A model generated the notes under the pieces. That model did no database searches, was not told where the DNA came from, and was given only the letters and a program-made list of their open reading frames with translations. From positions 224,001 to 288,000 of the forward strand of contig CBDESU010000001.1 in the NCBI GenBank assembly GCA_965242695.1: a DNA stretch of 64,000 nt, read 5' to 3'. This DNA is from Cenarchaeum sp. (GTDB taxonomy: Archaea > Thermoproteota > Nitrososphaeria > Nitrososphaerales > Nitrosopumilaceae). The translations under genes were made by a program, and so were the position numbers. Of this stretch, positions 61,249-64,000 are shown piece by piece (the first letter of the stretch is position 1; the number at the start of each line of letters is the position of its first letter).

Positions 61249-62769
61249 CGCGGCGGCGCGCCTTGGGACGGCGGGCGCGGGCCGGGGCGGCCGCCGCGCC
61301 GCCTCTTGGGCCGGGACGCGGCATCACGCCTGGACAGGCGCGGGGCATCGGGGAGGCCACTCTGCAGCCTTGCGCCCTGTGCCGCAACCTGGCGGCCTGG
61401 CGCCCGGCCCCGGCTGCCGATGCGGACCGGGCGGCATTGCGGGATGTGGCGGCCCGCCCGCGTTCGGCGCCCTTGATGGGCGCGGCCGTCCGGGCAGGCG
61501 TGCGGCACAGGCCCAAAACAATGCGCCGTATTGCGCGCCATGGCCGGGCGCGGGCGGCGCTCGGATGCGCGCCCGAACAATACGCCGTACTGCGCGGCGC
61601 CGCCGTTGCGCCGGCCACCCGCACACTGTCCATCTCGCGCGGGATGCCGCCGGCAGGCTGCCCACTGGCTGCTGTGCGGCACTGCCGCCCCGGCCGGACC
61701 GAGTGGCCGCCCCGGCTGCGATCTCAGCCGCGCCGTCCTGCCCGCCGCCGACTGCCGCCCCGGCCGCGCCTGTCGGCCCTCTCCCCCTCCGCATCGCCGC
61801 CCCTCTCGGGCGCCCCCTCGCCCGGCATCGCGGGGTCTGCCATGGGCGAGCGGCCGGCGGCAAGCACGAACGGAGTATCCGATGCGGCCATGCGCGGGGG
61901 CGCGAGCGGAGCGGCGACCTCGCCGGCCGCGGAGATTCTGCCCGCCCATTGACTGCGCCGGGAGCGGGCGCGCCGGCCGGCCCGAGCCGCCCGCTCCACT
62001 GCCCGCCCGCCCCGGGCGCGCCAAGGCCGAGCGGCTCGGCCGCGCCGGCGCCGACCACTCCTGCATACCTTGCAAAGGGCGAGCCCGTCGCGCCGGCACC
62101 GGGACGGTCCCGAGCCCGACCGAAATGTCCTGCAGCATCCCGACGCTTGCCCCCGACCGCAGCCCGCCGCCGAGCCCTGCAAGCCCCCCGCGCAGCCCGC
62201 GGCGCGCTGGTACGAACAACCGACCGCATCTCCTGTCCTATAGGCGGCAGGTTCCCCGCCACGGGCCATGCGCCTGCCAGGCGCAAATTTTGTCCCTGTG
62301 CAGCGCCGCACATGGCCGGCAGGACGAGGGGCATCTGGGCTGTGACAAGGGTTCGTCGCATTCTGAACTGCGAGATCTGCGGAGCTCTGCGGACAGAGGA
62401 GACGCGGCGCGGCGGCCTGACCGGCACATCGCAGCTAGACGCGTCCATCAGTATCCGCTCAAGGTGCGAGTGCGGATGCTTCGACCGCGCTGACATGCAC
62501 AACGACCCTGTAAAGGCACCCGACAGCCGGTTAGATGTGGTCGGGCGGATCGTGTCCGCGCACTTTGCAGGGGCCGCAGCCCGTGGTGCGACAGCCGCGA
62601 GGCCGGCGGTAGCATCCGTGTCATGTACATCTGGGATCTGCTCGACGTGGGGAGCGGCCGGCGGTGCGCGCGGCTGCCATGCGCATGGGATCAAACTCGC
62701 CTGTCGCCACGCCAAGCAGCGGGCGCATGCGCGGGTGGACTTAAAAATAGGGCGGGCGGGGGCGGCGGC

Positions 62770-63828
62770 ATGGCGAGGAGTGGCGGACGGGATGCGGCAT
62801 CCGTGGCCGATCTGTCCTGCGGCGTCATCGGTTTGGCATACGGATTTGCCAAGGCGACCATTCGCGTCACGGCTGGCAACGGCACCGACGAGCCGTGCAG
62901 GTACGCGTTCAAGGCCAACGCGGGCTCCAAGTTCATCTGCAGGTCGGTCGAAGACCTTGCCGTGGACAACCTGTCCGGCCTCTACAGGCGGAGCGGCAGG
63001 CGCGTCCTGATCGGATGCGTCCCGTGCCGGCCGTTTTCCAGCTACGGCGGGAACCGATCGCCCGGCACGCGGTGGTTCCCACTCGACGCGTTTGCGCGGC
63101 TTGTACGCGGCACGTCTCTCCCCGTGGCCTCGATGGAAAACGTGTCGCACCTGCGCCCGCGTGCCATATTTGAAAAATTTCTCAAGCGCCTCAAGGGCGG
63201 GATGTGCCGCGCCAGGCACGACGCTGCAACCTGCTCCGACTACGGCACTCCGCAGACCATACGAAGGCCGGTACTGCTCGCGTCAATGCCCGGGGACGCA
63301 GGCGCGATCAACAGGGCGCACCGCGTGGGTCTGCCCGCCGTGCGTGACGCCGTCGGATATCTCGATCCCATACGGGCCGGATGCATCTCCCCCCAGCATC
63401 CTCGCCACAGGTCGCGCGATCTCCTCGCCGCCGACCTTGAGCGCATCTCGCAGACCACGCGGGGCGGCGGGCGGAGGGGCTGGGTTCGCCGGCTTGTCCT
63501 CCCATGCCGCAGGATGCAGTCGAGGCGATCGTACGACCGCGCGCACGGCCGCATGCGGCGGGATCGGCCGACCCCTGCGACAACCCTGCAGGCCATGGCG
63601 CTCGGGAGCGGGCGGTTTGGCCGCACTGAGCAGGATGGGGTGCCGTCCCTCGGGGAGGCGGCACCGATCAGGGCGTTCCCGCGCGGCCACGAGCTCGAGC
63701 TAGGAGGATCCGGCATTCGGATTGGCACGGAGGCAAGGCACATGGGAAACACCGTGCCCGCCGCCCTTGGGAATGTGATCGCGCTGAGCGCAAAGGGGAA
63801 CTTGGTGGGGCACGATGGCGGGGTATAG
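62770..63828 (+). CDS. C5-cytosine DNA methyltransferase, degenerate motifs
   Basis: DLSCGVIG (motif I eroded), PCRPFS, MENV, GTPQTIRR, MGNTVP. Confidence 0.75.
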   Translation: MARSGGRDAASVADLSCGVIGLAYGFAKATIRVTAGNGTDEPCRYAFKANAGSKFICRSVEDLAVDNLSGLYRRSGRRVLIGCVPCRPFSSYGGNRSPGTRWFPLDAFARLVRGTSLPVASMENVSHLRPRAIFEKFLKRLKGGMCRARHDAATCSDYGTPQTIRRPVLLASMPGDAGAINRAHRVGLPAVRDAVGYLDPIRAGCISPQHPRHRSRDLLAADLERISQTTRGGGRRGWVRRLVLPCRRMQSRRSYDRAHGRMRRDRPTPATTLQAMALGSGRFGRTEQDGVPSLGEAAPIRAFPRGHELELGGSGIRIGTEARHMGNTVPAALGNVIALSAKGNLVGHDGGV

Positions 63829-64000
63829 CCTCACGATAGGGCTAAACGCCCTGAACCACCTGGGCGTCAACCTGTACAGCAGCGTGCCGGCGGTCCTGTC
63901 GGAGGCCGTGGCAAACGCCTGGGATGCCGACGCCCGGAACGTCTCGATAGACATCGGCGCCGACTCGATAACAATCGTAGACGACGGGCACGGTATGTCG
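63815..64000 (+). CDS. GHKL/MORC-type ATPase, probably restriction-associated (3' partial)
   Basis: LNHLGVNLYSSVPAVLSEAVANAWDADA...DDGHGMS; overlaps C5-MTase stop; not in ORF track. Confidence 0.85.
   Translation, partial: MAGYSLTIGLNALNHLGVNLYSSVPAVLSEAVANAWDADARNVSIDIGADSITIVDDGHGMS

Noticed and set aside
61249-62740. Hidden gene or structured RNA in the 1.5-kb gap (also 41280-42150)
   Set aside because: Only a weak Cys-containing stretch near 62310-62570; no recognisable motif could be supported

Overview
Very GC-rich archaeal DNA. Gene content (rps24e-rps27ae, Alba, stand-alone Lrp/AsnC, ApgM, a PEF-type C-terminal sorting signal, TATA boxes about 25 nt before start codons, a tRNA-Ile with a BHB intron) points to Nitrosopumilaceae (Thaumarchaeota). 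The TPR expansion, giant surface protein and many R-M genes resemble sponge-symbiont lineages; that taxonomy is an inference. Housekeeping genes are interleaved with an unusual load of defence and epigenetic genes: seven DNA methyltransferases, a TdeIII/MjaII-like endonuclease, a partial GHKL ATPase and an IS630 element. The best candidate for an undescribed system is 427-12856. It has a TPR-PIN fusion divergent from three ~1000-aa Type IIG-like R-M paralogs (one inverted and apparently nuclease-dead, the three mosaic domain by domain), and an unannotated box C/D sRNA predicted to guide Cm34 on a CAU-anticodon tRNA lies between the convergent copies. Also notable: a decayed, duplicated HEPN-TPR plus small acidic protein module, an Alba with a long RGG/Tyr low-complexity tail, and several small ORFs missing from the ORF track. 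All calls are by-eye motif recognition; no database searches were run.
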